DNA from: Thecamonas trahens ATCC 50062 | Lineage: Eukaryota; Protista; Apusomonadida | Length of the DNA: 64,000 nucleotides | Direction: 5' to 3' | Assembly (NCBI RefSeq): GCF_000142905.1 | Contig: NW_013657612.1 | Coordinates: 76,328-140,327, forward strand | Part shown: in pieces, positions 31,553 to 43,314 of the stretch | How positions within the stretch are numbered: position 1 is the first letter of the stretch | Layout: the number at the start of each line of letters is the position of its first letter | The notes under the pieces: generated by a model | The model's input: the letters and a program-made list of their open reading frames with translations, nothing else | Database searches by the model: none | What the model was told of the DNA's origin: nothing | Made by a program: the position numbers and the translations under genes

Positions 31553-33689
31553 TTACGCTTTGGACCGCCGCTTTCCTAGCCGGCGCAGCCGGCGCCGCTT
31601 CTCGGCCGCGCTCATCAGCGCTGTGCTCTTCCGCCGCGGGCGCTGCCGCTTCCACGGCTTGGCCTCGGCCTCGGCCTCGACCTTGGCCGCATGCTGCTTC
31701 TGGAACTCGGACATGTTGGTCCGGTTGGAGGCGACAAAGGCGGCGCCCCACGCCGCCTGCGGCTCGGCCTCGCTGACGTCGTCGCCCGGGCCGAGCAGCG
31801 CAAACATCCGCGACGCCACCGACGGGCCGCGGATCTGGCTCTCCGGGAGCGGCACATGGATGGGCTCGCCGTTGGCGGACTGGGCCGGCGCCGGCTGCTG
31901 CGCGTTGCCGGCACGGCGGCGCGCCGACACGTCCGCCGGCGCCGTCGATGTTGCAGGCGCCGGCTCGGTAGCGCTCGGAGCCTCGCCGATGCCGAGCGCG
32001 GCAAACGACCACGAGCCGGCCTCGGTGGTGAGCGTGGAATCGAGCACAAGCGCACCGGTGGCCTTGCGCTCGCGCTCGACAATCTTGTCATTAAACAGAT
32101 CGGCGGTGGCCACAAAGGCTTTGCGCTCGCTAGCCTTGCGGTCGATTTTGGGCGCGGCTCGGAGCGGGAGTGCCGAGCTTTTGACAGAGAGCGCGGTTGC
32201 GTCGACGCCACCGAGGTTCTTCCGCAGCCGGGCCTTTTGCTTCTTGGCGTTGATCTCGGCCTTGGCCAGTGCGCGGGCCTCTGCCATCTTCTCCTTCTCG
32301 CTCTTGCCGGCGCGTGGCGGCGGGGCGGGCCCGCTCACAATCTCCATGTGCGCGTCCTCGGCCCGGGTCGGGTCGTATCGGACTGTCGGCTGCCACTCGC
32401 GGCGGTGGCCACGCTTCGGCTGCGCGGCGAGGACTGCGGCGACGCTTGTCGCTCCTCCGGCTGACGCGCGGACCTTGGTCGCCGACTTGCTCACCAGCTG
32501 CGCCCTGCCGCCGTCCGACTCCGAGTCGGACTCGTCCATCGGCACGGCGCCCTCGGCCTCCTCGCCGAGCACTGCCGCCAAGGCCGATCGCATCGCCGAC
32601 CGCTCGGCCTTGGTCACTTCGACAGCGTCGGCCACAGCTTCCGAGTCAGAGTCGGAGTCGGAGCCCGAGCCCGAGTCAGAGTCGGAGCCCGAGTCCGCAT
32701 CGGCGCCCTTGCCGGCCTCGCGGAACTTGCCGAGATGCTTGTCGACAAAGTCGGAGCGGAAGGCCTGGGTGAGCTTGAATCGCTCGTCGCCCTTCATCAT
32801 CTGTTGCATCTGGAGCAGCTCGTGACCGGCCTTGCCCTCGAAAAGCGGGTTGATGAACGACTCGGGTTCGGTCTCGGCCTTGCCATTGCCCTTACTCTCG
32901 CTGCCTGCCGCTGCCGCTGCCCGACGCGCCCGGATCTGGTCCATCAAGCTCAAACTGCCGCCCTCGGCCGCATGCTCCGCAGTGGGCTGGGCGCGAGCAA
33001 AGGTGAATCCGGGCCGGTGGCCGTCCGAGCCCGAGCCCGAGCCGTCGCCGGCCGCCGCCGCAAAGCCGCCCGCGCCCGAGTCTGAGCCTGAGCTCGAGCC
33101 CGAGCCGAGCCACGCCGATGTCTTGATCGTCTTGGCCTCGGGCAGGTAGTGCTTCTCGGGTTCGGCCTTGGCCGGCTCAGCCTTGGTCGGCTCAGCCTTG
33201 GCCGACGCAGCCTTTGCCTTGGCTGACCACCGTGGGCCATCGTCTGAGTCGGATGCCGAGTCGGAGAAGAGCACCCGCGACGAGGTGGCGACCGAGACCG
33301 AAATATGCGGCACCGAGCCTGCCGTCTCCTTCAACCGCTTCCGCAGGCGATCGACGCCGGCCTTGCGCTGCTCCTCGCACTGGGCACGGATTGCCGCCGC
33401 CGTGTCGGGCGACTTGGACGTCTTGCGCCGCTTCCGCGGCCGCGTGTTCGACGACGAGGTCGTGCTTGAGCTGGAGGTCGTTGACGATGATCCGGAGCTA
33501 GTGCCGGTGCCGGAGCTGGTGCCGGAGCCAGAGCTAGTGCCCGAGCCGGTGCTGGTGCCCGAGCCAGAGTCAGAGTCAGAGCCAGAGCTAGTGTTGGAGC
33601 CCGATCCCGATCCCGATCCCGAGCCAGAACCAGAGCCAGAGCCAGAGCCAGAGCCCGAGCCAGAGCCCGAGCCCGAGCCCGAGCCCGAG

Positions 33690-33726
<37 letters not shown>

Positions 33727-36036
33727 CCGAGCTCTTGGCGATACCAGCTTCCATCGGCTCAGGCTCGACGGCCGCCGCCAGTTTCGGCTCTGAAACCGCG
33801 TTCGGGACCGGGATCGGCAGCGGCGCAGAGGTGCTTGGCCTACGGTGCGGCGACTCGGGGACGGACGTCTCCGACTCTGCAAACGACTCCATGGCCGAGT
33901 CGAAGCGGGACCAGTCGTTGCGCGGAATCGAGAGCGATGCGAGGAGCGGTGACGGCGAGCGCGAGCTCGTCTCGCGCTCGCCGACAGCGGCTGCAGCGGT
34001 GACGACTGGTGCCAGCAGCGAGACCTCGGACCCGGCGTCCGACTCCGAGTCAGAAATCGCCAGGCCGCCGGCGTCCGGTGGCGGCACAAACAGTGGTGAA
34101 AAGGCTGGGGACTCGGCCGAGCCCGGGAGCGACGATGCCCCGACAGCGTTGCCAAGATCTGTTCCCAGCGCAGGCTCGTCGGCCGAGTCCGAGATAGCAA
34201 GCTCCGAGTCTGGGACGTTGGCCAGGGCGCCGAGGTCCAGGTCGGCCTCCGAGTCGGACCGGCTCGACAAGGTGCATGTTGACGGTCCAACCATCTCGCC
34301 CTCGGACGGAGCGATGGAGCTGGGGTCTGATCCGGCTTTGGAGCTTGTCTCCGAGCTTGTTCCCGACTCAGACTCCGAGGGGAGGTTGAGCTGTCTGAAG
34401 CTGGCGCGGCTACGGGCGCGGCCGGCACAATCTCAAAAGAGCACGAGCCGTCCGACTCGGACATCGCCCCGGGCGCTGCCACCGGCGCGGGCGGCACGAC
34501 CTCAAACGAGCACGAGCCGTCCGACTCGGACATCGCCCCGGGCGCTGCCATCGGCGCGGGCGCTGCGAACGTCTCGGGCGCGTCCAAGGCGGCTGACTGT
34601 GTTCCTGACCCCGAGCCCGATCCAGAGCCGGAGCCCGATCCCGAGCCAGACCCCGAGCCAGAGCCAGACCCCGAGCCAGATTTGAGTTTGAGCTCGAACC
34701 AGAGCTCGAGCCAGACTCGGCCGAGTTCGAGTCCGAGATAGCCAGCTGGTTAAGCCTCCGCTCCTTGGCGGCGGCTTTGGCAGCCTTGCGCTCGGCGCGG
34801 CGGGCCTCGCGGTTGGCCTCGCGCCGCTTGATGCGGTTGGCCGAGGCACGGATGGCGGCAAAGGCAAGCGGGTCAAGCGTCGGCGGCGCAACGTCGGGCT
34901 TGGAGAGTGGGACCCGGTTGAGGACGGCGTCTTCGTCAATAAGGGCGGCCGACGGCGGTGCCGGCGAGTCGGCGTCGTCAAAGCGGCGGGCGCGGAGTCG
35001 GATGTTCTTGGAGCAGAGGAACATGGTGTCCTTGCCATCGCGGGTGGGATGCCGGAGAATCGGAACCGGGAGGCGCGAGAGCGCCTTATCGAGAAGCCGC
35101 CCTTTCTCCCAGCCCTTGCGCTTGATCCGCTTCGACTTCTCGGCCCACTCCAGCAGGGCGTCGCGGGTGATAAAATACGGCGAAGTTCCGGCCAGCTTGA
35201 GCTTCCTCGCCTTTGACTTGAGAATCTTCTTCTGCGTACGCGACATCTTCTTCTTCTCCTTCTTGACCTTTTTGAAGACCACGTCATCGCCTCCCATGTA
35301 CGGCATAGCCACCTTGTTCGTCGCGAGCACTTGATCACGCTTGCGCTTGGCGACTTCTGCCACGGCCTCTGCCTCTTCCACCACCTTCATCTTGCTCTCC
35401 CCATCACCAGAATCGCCACTGTTTCCACCATCAATACCATCACCTTGCATCATCATGGCCCTGGCCTCCTCCACCGCAGCCTCTGCCACCTCGGCCGCTG
35501 CTTTGACCTCGTTCTCGGTCGCCTGCCACTCTTCCCGCAGTCCGTGCAGATAATGCGGGAGTGCCTGCTCCACACGCAAAGTCTGTCCGCGCCACTTGGT
35601 ACCCGAGTACACACTCAGGCCTACGTCCACAATGGTGAGTCAGAGTCGGTGCCAGTGATGCGAGATGATGGCATGGGCGGACGGGGGTCGTTGTCGCGAG
35701 GATGGCCATCCATCCATCGATGTCAAGGCGACATGCCAGATGGGTGGGTGTGGTGATGGGGATAGCGGGAGCTCCAGAGGAGGCAATAAAACAGAGGGAA
35801 ATTGAGGGGAAAACTATGGGGATTACGAGCAGTGTTGGTTACGTACACCGAAGCATGGATTTGTACTCGCAGTCTAGGCTGATGTAGGTAAAGATGTCTG
35901 GAGAGGCTCCCACGGCCGACTCACGGACACGGGAGTCCAGCGCCACTACCTTGCCAAAGGGCGTGAAGCGGTTCCGGAGGTCAGAGGTTGTTGTCGACTC
36001 GGGATATCCCGTGACAAAGAGACGATACACCGGCAT
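31553..36036 (-). CDS. NOL8: Nucleolar protein 8 (RRM protein). Exon 1 is 36036-35847, intron 35846-35621, apparent 1-nt frameshifts at about 34681 and 34380
   Basis: RRM RLFVTG...[12 protein letters not shown] spliced to [20 protein letters not shown] (T|GC). C-terminal DERFKL and RYDPT motifs. Three consecutive frames each offset by one base. Confidence 0.75.
33596..33731 (-). repeat. Coding (Gly-Ser)n hexamer repeat inside NOL8
   Basis: Tandem GAGCCA/GAGCCC units on the + strand. Confidence 0.85.
34410..34566 (-). repeat. Coding 69-bp tandem duplication ([15 protein letters not shown]) inside NOL8
   Basis: CTCAAA..GAGCACGAGCCGTCCGACTCGG recurs at 34432 and 34501. Confidence 0.8.
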
Positions 36037-36758
36037 GGCCCCGTTCCACGTGCGAGAGACGGGTGGCGATGTGTGCTGCCGGTAGGAGGCGAGCGAGGGT
36101 GGAGGCCGGCGGTGATGGGAAGGGGCCAGAGTCCGGGTTGCGGGTGACTACAATTCACGGCGAAGGTGGGATCTGAGAAGAATTTTTTTGGCAGGTTGAT
36201 GTCTATGCCGAGACACTCTGCTGCTCGTTCTTATGAGAGTATCGAGGTGCTGTGGGCATAGGATAGCGGTAGAGGTATGTGATTGTTCGAGCAATGAGTG
36301 TGGGGGAGAAGAGCGGTAAGAATGGGGGGAGAGCGGGGAGGGGAGGGTGATGACATTTATGTGGTACATTTTTATTCTGCTCGTGCTCTGTTCTATGAAG
36401 CGGTTCGCGGGTGATTCCACCTTCGTTAGCCGTCAGCCGCGCCACCCACCACCACCACGGCCCAGACAGCACGGCAAGCAAGAGTTGCCACACTCGACGC
36501 TATTTAGCTCCGGGAAGAGCACAGGAGGCAAGAGACTCGGTTGTCAAACACCATACACAACACCGGTGTCCATCCCAGGTGCAAGGAACAGGTGAACCGT
36601 TCTTGGCTTGCTCCGCTCGCGCCTCGGACTCTTGTCGTCTTTGCGTCGTCTTGCTTGCGGTTGTTTGCATTGCTGAGTGGAGCGAGGCAATATTCGATTG
36701 GTCGGGGTCAGGCGTTTATTGGCGACTTTTGTTGTGACAGTTAAGCAAGCGCCGGGAG

Positions 36759-39500
36759 ATGAGCAGACTTGCGATGGTTGGCGGCAAGAATATGCTGCGG
36801 TTGGCGAGCCGAGTGGCGCTGCTGGCGGCGGTGGTGTGTTTGGTGGTGGAGAGATGTGCGGCGGTGTGTGGTGACGGCATCCTCGAGCCGCTCGAGGTGT
36901 GTGACGACGGGAACCGGGTCGGCTACGACGGCTGCTCCTCGGTCTGCCTCAATGTCGACTACGGGTACGAGTGCGCGACGCCCGGGGCAGCGTGCACACG
37001 GCTGTTTACTTGCGGCGACGGCGTGGTGGAATCGCCGCATGAGACGTGTGATGATGGGAACAAAGTGTCGGGCGACGGATGTGGGCGCGACTGCCTCGTC
37101 GAGGGAGGGTACAGCTGCACCGGAGGGCCGTCGGTCTGCAGCGCGAATTCAGTGTGCGGCGATGGATTCGTGGACGCCAGCGAGGCGTGCGATACCGGAA
37201 GCGCGCCGGCGGACGGGTGTGAGTCATGTACGACTGTGAGCGCAGGTTATTTTTGCCCGCTCGGTGGCTCACCGTGCTACCTCCGCAACTGCACCAAGCC
37301 TGCGGGGTCGTATCCTCCGCCAGGTGAGGATGTTGTAGCCGGCGAGCACCATCCCGACTGCATGGGCGTTTGCGGTGGTTTTGCGTTTGTGGACGAGTGC
37401 GGGGTGTGTGCCGGCGGAACGTCGGGAGTCCTGCCCAACTCGGCCAAGGACCACTGCGGCGTGTGCTTTGGCAAGAACATCGACAAGGACTCGTGCAACG
37501 TGTGCTTTGGCACCGACTTTGGAGTCGACGCGTGTGGAGTGTGTTTTGGCAACAACGCGACGTGCCGCGGGTGCGACGGAGTGCTCAACTCGGGCAAGCG
37601 CGACGATGCGTGCGGCATCTGCGACGGTGACGGCTCGTCCTGCATGGGCTGCGATGGCATTCCGGTCTCGCTCGGCGGGAGCATCTACGACGAGTGCGGC
37701 GTGTGCGGCGGGAACAACACTGCGCCGTGCATTGTCGGGTGCGACGGCGTTGTGGGCTCGGGCCTGGTGTACGACTGCGCCGGGGTGTGCAACGGGACCA
37801 AGGTACGCGACGTGTGCGGGGTGTGTCTCGAGCCAGACTCGCCGCTCTTTGACTGGCACAAGACAGCCAGCTCGTGCAACAACTGCTTTGGTGGCCACGG
37901 GACGTCACTTCCGTATGTCTCGCCAGACTCGTGTGGTATCAATTGTCCGCTTAACGACTGTACTGGACACGCGCTCGACGCGTGCGGCGTGTACAGCGGG
38001 AGTGGCGACACGTGCGACTCGACGTGCGGGACGATTGTGCCGATGACAGATCCGACAGCCAAGGTTGTGGACAACTGTGGGACGTGCGGCGGGGGCGACT
38101 TTAGCGGATGCCTGGTCGACACCGACTGCACGAACCGGGTCAATGCCGCGGATCCGCTGCGATACGACTGCCGCGGAATGTGCAACACGACCGGGACGGT
38201 GTATGCTCCGGACTTGTGCGGGGCGTGCTCGCCAGTTGCGCTCGCGCTGCAGCACTCTGTCATCACGCTCTGTGGTTGCTTCCAGGGCAAGGACTCGCTC
38301 GACGAGTGCAACACGTGCAAGGGCCAGTCGAACGCGCTCGACGAGTGCATGGTGTGCTCGGGCGGGAACACGAACAAGGACATGTGCGGGGTGTGCTTTG
38401 GCTACGGACAGCTACGCGACTCGTGCGGAACGTGTAACGGGACGAACAACTGCGTGGGGTGTGACTACATTCCGTACTCGAACCGGACTGTGGTGTGCGA
38501 CGAGTGCGGCGGCGACGGGTCAGCGTGTGCGGCCGGAGCACAAGCCGAGTCTGAGCGGTTTACCGCGCTGATGCTCATGGGCGGCGGCTCGCTGTTCCTC
38601 CTCTGCTGCGTCGGCATCATCGGCGTGATTGTCTACCGGCGGCGGCAGCGGTCGTTTGTGAGCAAGTACGAGAAGCGGCGGGCGGCAGAGCTGGGCAACC
38701 ACCCGACGGGTGAAGTCACGATTGTGTTTACCGACATCGAGGGCTCGACCTCGCTCTGGGAGAACTTCCCGACCATCATGCCCAAAACGATCGAGACGCA
38801 CCACTCGATCTGTCGGCGGGCGATCCTAGAGAATAACGGGTACGAGGTCAAGACTGAGGGTGACGCGTTTATGATTGCCTTCCACCAGCCGATCGACGCC
38901 ATCTCGTTCTGTGGCAAGATGCAGCTGATGCTGATGAAGCAAAAGTGGCCGGCGCAGATCATGAACCACCCGTATTGCAAGGTGGAGAAGGACTCGTCTG
39001 GAAAGGTGGTCTTCAAGGGCCTCCGGGTCCGTATGGGCGTCCACACCGGGTACCCCTCGTGCCGCAAGGACGACAACACCGGAATCATGGACTACTTTGG
39101 CTCCATGGTCAACCGGGCGGCGCGTGTGGAGCATGCGGCATCGGGCGGGCAAATCCTGGCGTCGGCACGGTGCTACGAAGCGTGCCGGGTTGTGGTCGAG
39201 GCGCCCAAGTCGCCGTACATTGCTGTCTCGCTCGGCGAGAAGCACTTTAAGGGCATCAAGGGCCGCATGGCCATTTACCAGATCATGCCGCGGCAGCTCG
39301 CCTCACGGCCGTTCAAGGCCGTCACCTCGTATGTCGAAAAGGCTGCGCCGTCGGCCGACCAGCCGTCGGCTACCCTCAATGGCTCGACCTCGGTCCTCGC
39401 TCCAGACGCGCTCTCGACCTCGTCGTCCGAGGACGACGAGTTTGACGCCTTCCGCGCGGGCACGCAGCGCGCCGGCGCCGCTTTTCAGGCCGGTTGGTGA
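36759..39500 (+). CDS. Single-pass receptor-type adenylyl cyclase with a Cys-rich ectodomain
   Basis: Signal peptide, CGDG...E.CDDGN..GDGCS (myxococcal Cys-rich) repeats, many DxCGVCxG repeats, one TM helix, class III cyclase motifs TIVFTDIEGST, YEVKTEGDAFM, MDYFGSMVNRAARV. The Lys/Asp pair implies ATP specificity. Confidence 0.9.
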   Translation: MSRLAMVGGKNMLRLASRVALLAAVVCLVVERCAAVCGDGILEPLEVCDDGNRVGYDGCSSVCLNVDYGYECATPGAACTRLFTCGDGVVESPHETCDDGNKVSGDGCGRDCLVEGGYSCTGGPSVCSANSVCGDGFVDASEACDTGSAPADGCESCTTVSAGYFCPLGGSPCYLRNCTKPAGSYPPPGEDVVAGEHHPDCMGVCGGFAFVDECGVCAGGTSGVLPNSAKDHCGVCFGKNIDKDSCNVCFGTDFGVDACGVCFGNNATCRGCDGVLNSGKRDDACGICDGDGSSCMGCDGIPVSLGGSIYDECGVCGGNNTAPCIVGCDGVVGSGLVYDCAGVCNGTKVRDVCGVCLEPDSPLFDWHKTASSCNNCFGGHGTSLPYVSPDSCGINCPLNDCTGHALDACGVYSGSGDTCDSTCGTIVPMTDPTAKVVDNCGTCGGGDFSGCLVDTDCTNRVNAADPLRYDCRGMCNTTGTVYAPDLCGACSPVALALQHSVITLCGCFQGKDSLDECNTCKGQSNALDECMVCSGGNTNKDMCGVCFGYGQLRDSCGTCNGTNNCVGCDYIPYSNRTVVCDECGGDGSACAAGAQAESERFTALMLMGGGSLFLLCCVGIIGVIVYRRRQRSFVSKYEKRRAAELGNHPTGEVTIVFTDIEGSTSLWENFPTIMPKTIETHHSICRRAILENNGYEVKTEGDAFMIAFHQPIDAISFCGKMQLMLMKQKWPAQIMNHPYCKVEKDSSGKVVFKGLRVRMGVHTGYPSCRKDDNTGIMDYFGSMVNRAARVEHAASGGQILASARCYEACRVVVEAPKSPYIAVSLGEKHFKGIKGRMAIYQIMPRQLASRPFKAVTSYVEKAAPSADQPSATLNGSTSVLAPDALSTSSSEDDEFDAFRAGTQRAGAAFQAGW

Positions 39501-40085
39501 GTTGGGAGATAGACGACGTACATAGATCACAGTTCCTCTTTGTCTGTGTGGCCAACCGGGTCATGTGCGGGTGGGTGTGGGTGTGGGCGAAGGCTAGCCC
39601 GCCCACCTCGCGCGCTGTGCTTGAGCTTGCGCACAACAGACTCGGAAGCTTCACGATACCGCGACGGATCACTCCAGGACTGCCATTGTTGTTCGCAGAT
39701 GCCCCCCCCCCCACACCCCCCCCCCCGCAGGGGGGAAAAGGTGTTGCCACGTTTCAGGCCCGGGGGTGGAGGGCCAAGGAGCCTCGCGGCTTAACGGGCG
39801 GGGGGCTTGAAAGGCGCCGGCGGGCCGGGATGAAGGGGGAGAGAGTCGGCTTTGGAGTAAGCTAGCCCCGGGCGCGGTGGACCCGCCGCAAATGGTCACA
39901 AAAAACAAATCCCCCTAGCATTTGATGGCTAACTCAACTAAATCGCTAGTGCTAGATCGCATAAAAAAAGAGCCCACCCCCCCCCCATTTGTTTTGTTTT
40001 TTTTGGCCCTCCCACCACGTTACAAGACGAAGCGCGCACCAACGAAGAGAAACTCTCCCCCATCATAGACGCAGAGGGGCCGTCG

Positions 40086-40185
40086 NNNNNNNNNNNNNNN
40101 NNNNNNNNNNNNNNNNNNNNNNNNNNNNNNNNNNNNNNNNNNNNNNNNNNNNNNNNNNNNNNNNNNNNNNNNNNNNNNNNNNNNN
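40086..40185. other. Assembly gap (100 N)
   Basis: Run of N. Confidence 1.
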
Positions 40186-40678
40186 ACTGCCCTGTTGTTT
40201 CGTCAGACGACTGCCCCCCCCTCCCCCCCCCCCCCCACCCCAGGGAGAAGCATTTGAAACTGTTTCAGCATCATCTGGAGCAAACGTGAACTCCACCTCC
40301 TTTGCGACAGGTGGCTCTTCAGAGCGCGCACGCTCGCCGCTATGGAGTGTCACGGCGATTGCACTCGCAATACGGCCCCCGCACGTCGCGGCGTGTCCGC
40401 GCGATCAAGGTCTCCAAAGTCATGTCGCCGCACATTGTCATGACATTGATCTTGCAAGTCACTCGGCCTACGAACGCGCAAGAAGCGTAGCCACAACGCC
40501 GGGGCTCGAGTCGGCGACAAGTCTCACATGCGGGTAATTCACAGCCCCGCAAAAGAATGGAAACACTCTGCACGCTTCCGCGGCAAAAGGGCACGGCACC
40601 CAACCCCCGCAGCCGGAGAGGACGTATCATATCTCGTCTGTTCGAACTCGAGGCAAGGACGTGCAACAGGGCAGAAGC

Positions 40679-41146
40679 ATGACGACAACAATGGTGGTAG
40701 TCGTGCTGGCCATGGCAGTGGTGGCGGCGGTAGCGGCGAGCGAGACAGCGGTGGCGGAGAGCGAGACGACGGGACATGCCGTGTGCAGCTGGATGGACAT
40801 GGACATCAAGACAGAGTACCTGGCCAGCTCGCTGTGGTGCTGCCAGATCCCGCGGCCGGCGACACTGCAGACGACGATGGATGTGTTTCCGCACGGGGAG
40901 AGCGTCGCCGTGGCGTATCTGACCTACGCGCAGGCATTCGCATGCCAGGAGGAGAACCCGGTGGACATCCCGGACGTGGAGTTGGTCTACAACTCGACGG
41001 TCATGGAGAGTGGCCATCACTACGTGTACGAGACCGGGATCACCGGCATCAACTCGCCGTGGTCTGCCCTCCTCGGATTCCATTGCATGGACAAGGCCGG
41101 CTGCCAGTTTATCGTCCCGAACATCACCGTCGCCATTGCCTACTGA
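40679..41146 (+). CDS. Small secreted Cys-containing protein of unknown function
   Basis: Signal peptide MTTTMVVVVLAMAVVAAVAA, 155 aa, GC3-rich codons. Confidence 0.65.
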   Translation: MTTTMVVVVLAMAVVAAVAASETAVAESETTGHAVCSWMDMDIKTEYLASSLWCCQIPRPATLQTTMDVFPHGESVAVAYLTYAQAFACQEENPVDIPDVELVYNSTVMESGHHYVYETGITGINSPWSALLGFHCMDKAGCQFIVPNITVAIAY

Positions 41147-41318
41147 CGGCACACCACGCGCAGCTGTAGCCATCCTCCCAACCCGCTCCTGGTTGTCGAC
41201 TGGCCATGCGATGTCTGTAAAAACGAGCGAGAGATTGTGGCCCAAAGTCGCGCGGCAGAGTGGAGCACGGTGGAGCAGAGGGTGGAGCAGAGAGGCGAGG
41301 GGGAGGGGAAGGGTAGCT

Positions 41319-41768
41319 TCAATGGCAGGCCTTACCGTACTTCTTGAGGCGGTGGTAGTTGTATGGGAGCGGGACGACAAAGCCGGCGACCATGGCGGCG
41401 GCGGCGGCGGCAAGGCCCTCGGGCGTGGTGAGGCTCGGCGCGCCGCCGGTGAGCCACCAATCGACAGCGTTCTCGGCCGACTCCATGGCGAGCATGGAGC
41501 CCATGGACATGCCGGCGGCGGTGGATGCGGCGGTGGACCAGGTGGGGAAGCCTTCCTTCCACTTGAGCACGGCGGTCTCAAGGGCCAAGGACGTTCCGAT
41601 GCCCGACGCCATGGCAATGCCCATCATCATGGCCGGTGACATGGTCGGCGCGGTGGCCGAGAGGTACGTCAGCGCGCCGAGATCGCCCACGGTGCAGCCG
41701 ACCAAGCATCGCGTCGTGTTGGCTGCCGCCCGCTTCCACGTATGGCTGCATCGCCAAAAGCCTGTCAT
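41319..41768 (-). CDS. DUF4396-like Met-rich membrane protein
   Basis: NTTRCLVGCTVGD, GMSMGSMLAMESAEN, AGFVVPLPYNY..L..GKACH. Confidence 0.7.
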   Translation of the reverse strand: MTGFWRCSHTWKRAAANTTRCLVGCTVGDLGALTYLSATAPTMSPAMMMGIAMASGIGTSLALETAVLKWKEGFPTWSTAASTAAGMSMGSMLAMESAENAVDWWLTGGAPSLTTPEGLAAAAAAMVAGFVVPLPYNYHRLKKYGKACH

Positions 41769-41870
41769 CGGTATCGCGTTTGTTCGGATCGTGCTGCAAA
41801 GTGTGTGCGCGTGGGCGTCAAGTGTTGCCGCTTGGGATGGTGGAGCGGGAGTGGAGCGGTGCGGAAGCGC

Positions 41871-43307
41871 TTACGCGGCAAAGATCTTGGCGGCAAAGGC
41901 CATGGCGGCGTTGCGGGCGGCGACCATCTGCGGCGGATCCTGGGCCGTAGGCGGCATCATGGGCGCGCAGTGGCCGGCGTCGTCGTAGAGGACAAACTGG
42001 TTGGCGCCGACGTTGGTGGCGTTGTAGACGGAGAGGTCGTGCCACGGATCGACGAGCGAGTTGATGAAGAGCACGTTTGTCGAGTCGGGCGTGTTGCCGC
42101 CAAAGAACGCGTTGGTGGCGTCGGTGTCGGCAAGGCCGGGCTTGCCAAAGATGGCGCCGTTGACGGTGTTGGCGAAAAAGTCCATGTCGACGGCGTCCGA
42201 GACGACGACCGAGCGCGGCGAGTTGAGCGGCTTGTAGAAGCCAAACTCCGAGTACTTTTGCCAGAACCACATGCGGCCGCCGATGGCCGACGTGTCGATG
42301 CGGGTCGACGCCTCCTGCTTCATAAAGTCGAGGTCGTTGCACTCCGAGTGCGAGCCGCCAAACTGGTAGTACAGGTCAAGGAAGGCAGCAAACGGATCGG
42401 CGGCGGCCGTCAGCTGGGCACACGCCGGCTTCAGCGGGAGCGCCGGCGGGTTGTCGTACTGCACAATCTCCTCGATCCAGTCGACGACTGCACCAAACAT
42501 GAACAGGGCCTTGGAGGTGTTGGTGGCGTCAAGTGAGCCGCAGATGTTAAACTGCGAAGCGAGCTTGTCGCGGCCGGCGGCCGAGGCAAACATGGTGTCG
42601 ATGGTGGAGACGACGTCGGCAATCTTGGCCGCGCACGCCTCGCCGACCGACTCGCGGGTTGTCTCGTCGTAGGCGGAAAAGTCGTTTGCGGCGAGGACGG
42701 GCGCCGAGAAGGCGAGCGAGCCGTTGGCAACCTGCGGGTACTTGCTGCGGAACCAGGACGAGAGGGCGCCCGAGTACGAGCCGCCGACCACCAGAGTCGG
42801 CCCGGTAATCTTGTACGCTGTGCGGAAGTGATCGATGGCGGCGGCAGTGTCCGCCAGCGCCTGCTGCGAGGTGAGCCACTGGAGGTTGTCCACCGAGAGA
42901 TCAGCCGTGACCACCGACTCGCCGTAGTAGCGGTGCTCGAGCGAGAGCACAGCGCCGCCATGGGCGACCGCCACCTCGTACGAGATGCCGCCTGCGGCAA
43001 AGAAGCCCGATGCGGGGCCCTCGCCGTTGATGTTGACCACAAGAGGGCCTCCCTCCACGTAGTGGGCGTCGTTGAACCACGTCCGCTGCTTCCAGCTCGC
43101 GCCTCCGCCCGACGCCGAAAAGTGGTCCCGCGGCTGGTCCAGCCAGGTCACCGGCGGAATGGCGTCGCTCGCCACAGCAGCCTCGAGCATGGGCTGGGGG
43201 ATACGGACGTAGCCCGCCACGCCTGCCACAAGCACGGCCGCCATGATCAACAACGTGCCGGCCTTGTGCATCTGCCGCTGCTGCTTGCTCCGTCTCATCG
43301 TCGTCAT
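41871..43307 (-). CDS. Serine peptidase family S28 (PRSS16/PRCP/DPP7-like), secreted or lysosomal
   Basis: LDQPRDHF, LEHRYYGES, LTSQQALAD, GGSYSG nucleophile, DPWH, GHC. The signal peptide suggests a start at 43271. Confidence 0.92.
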   Translation of the reverse strand: MTTMRRSKQQRQMHKAGTLLIMAAVLVAGVAGYVRIPQPMLEAAVASDAIPPVTWLDQPRDHFSASGGGASWKQRTWFNDAHYVEGGPLVVNINGEGPASGFFAAGGISYEVAVAHGGAVLSLEHRYYGESVVTADLSVDNLQWLTSQQALADTAAAIDHFRTAYKITGPTLVVGGSYSGALSSWFRSKYPQVANGSLAFSAPVLAANDFSAYDETTRESVGEACAAKIADVVSTIDTMFASAAGRDKLASQFNICGSLDATNTSKALFMFGAVVDWIEEIVQYDNPPALPLKPACAQLTAAADPFAAFLDLYYQFGGSHSECNDLDFMKQEASTRIDTSAIGGRMWFWQKYSEFGFYKPLNSPRSVVVSDAVDMDFFANTVNGAIFGKPGLADTDATNAFFGGNTPDSTNVLFINSLVDPWHDLSVYNATNVGANQFVLYDDAGHCAPMMPPTAQDPPQMVAARNAAMAFAAKIFAA

Positions 43308-43314
43308 TGTCTTG

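Noticed and set aside
33168-34685. Long + strand ORF with (PE)n repeats
   Set aside because: It is the antisense shadow of the (GS)n region of NOL8. Long opposite-strand ORFs are expected at this GC content.
39690-40085. Odd homopolymer-rich sequence before a gap
   Set aside because: It looks like low-quality contig-end sequence, with no supportable feature.
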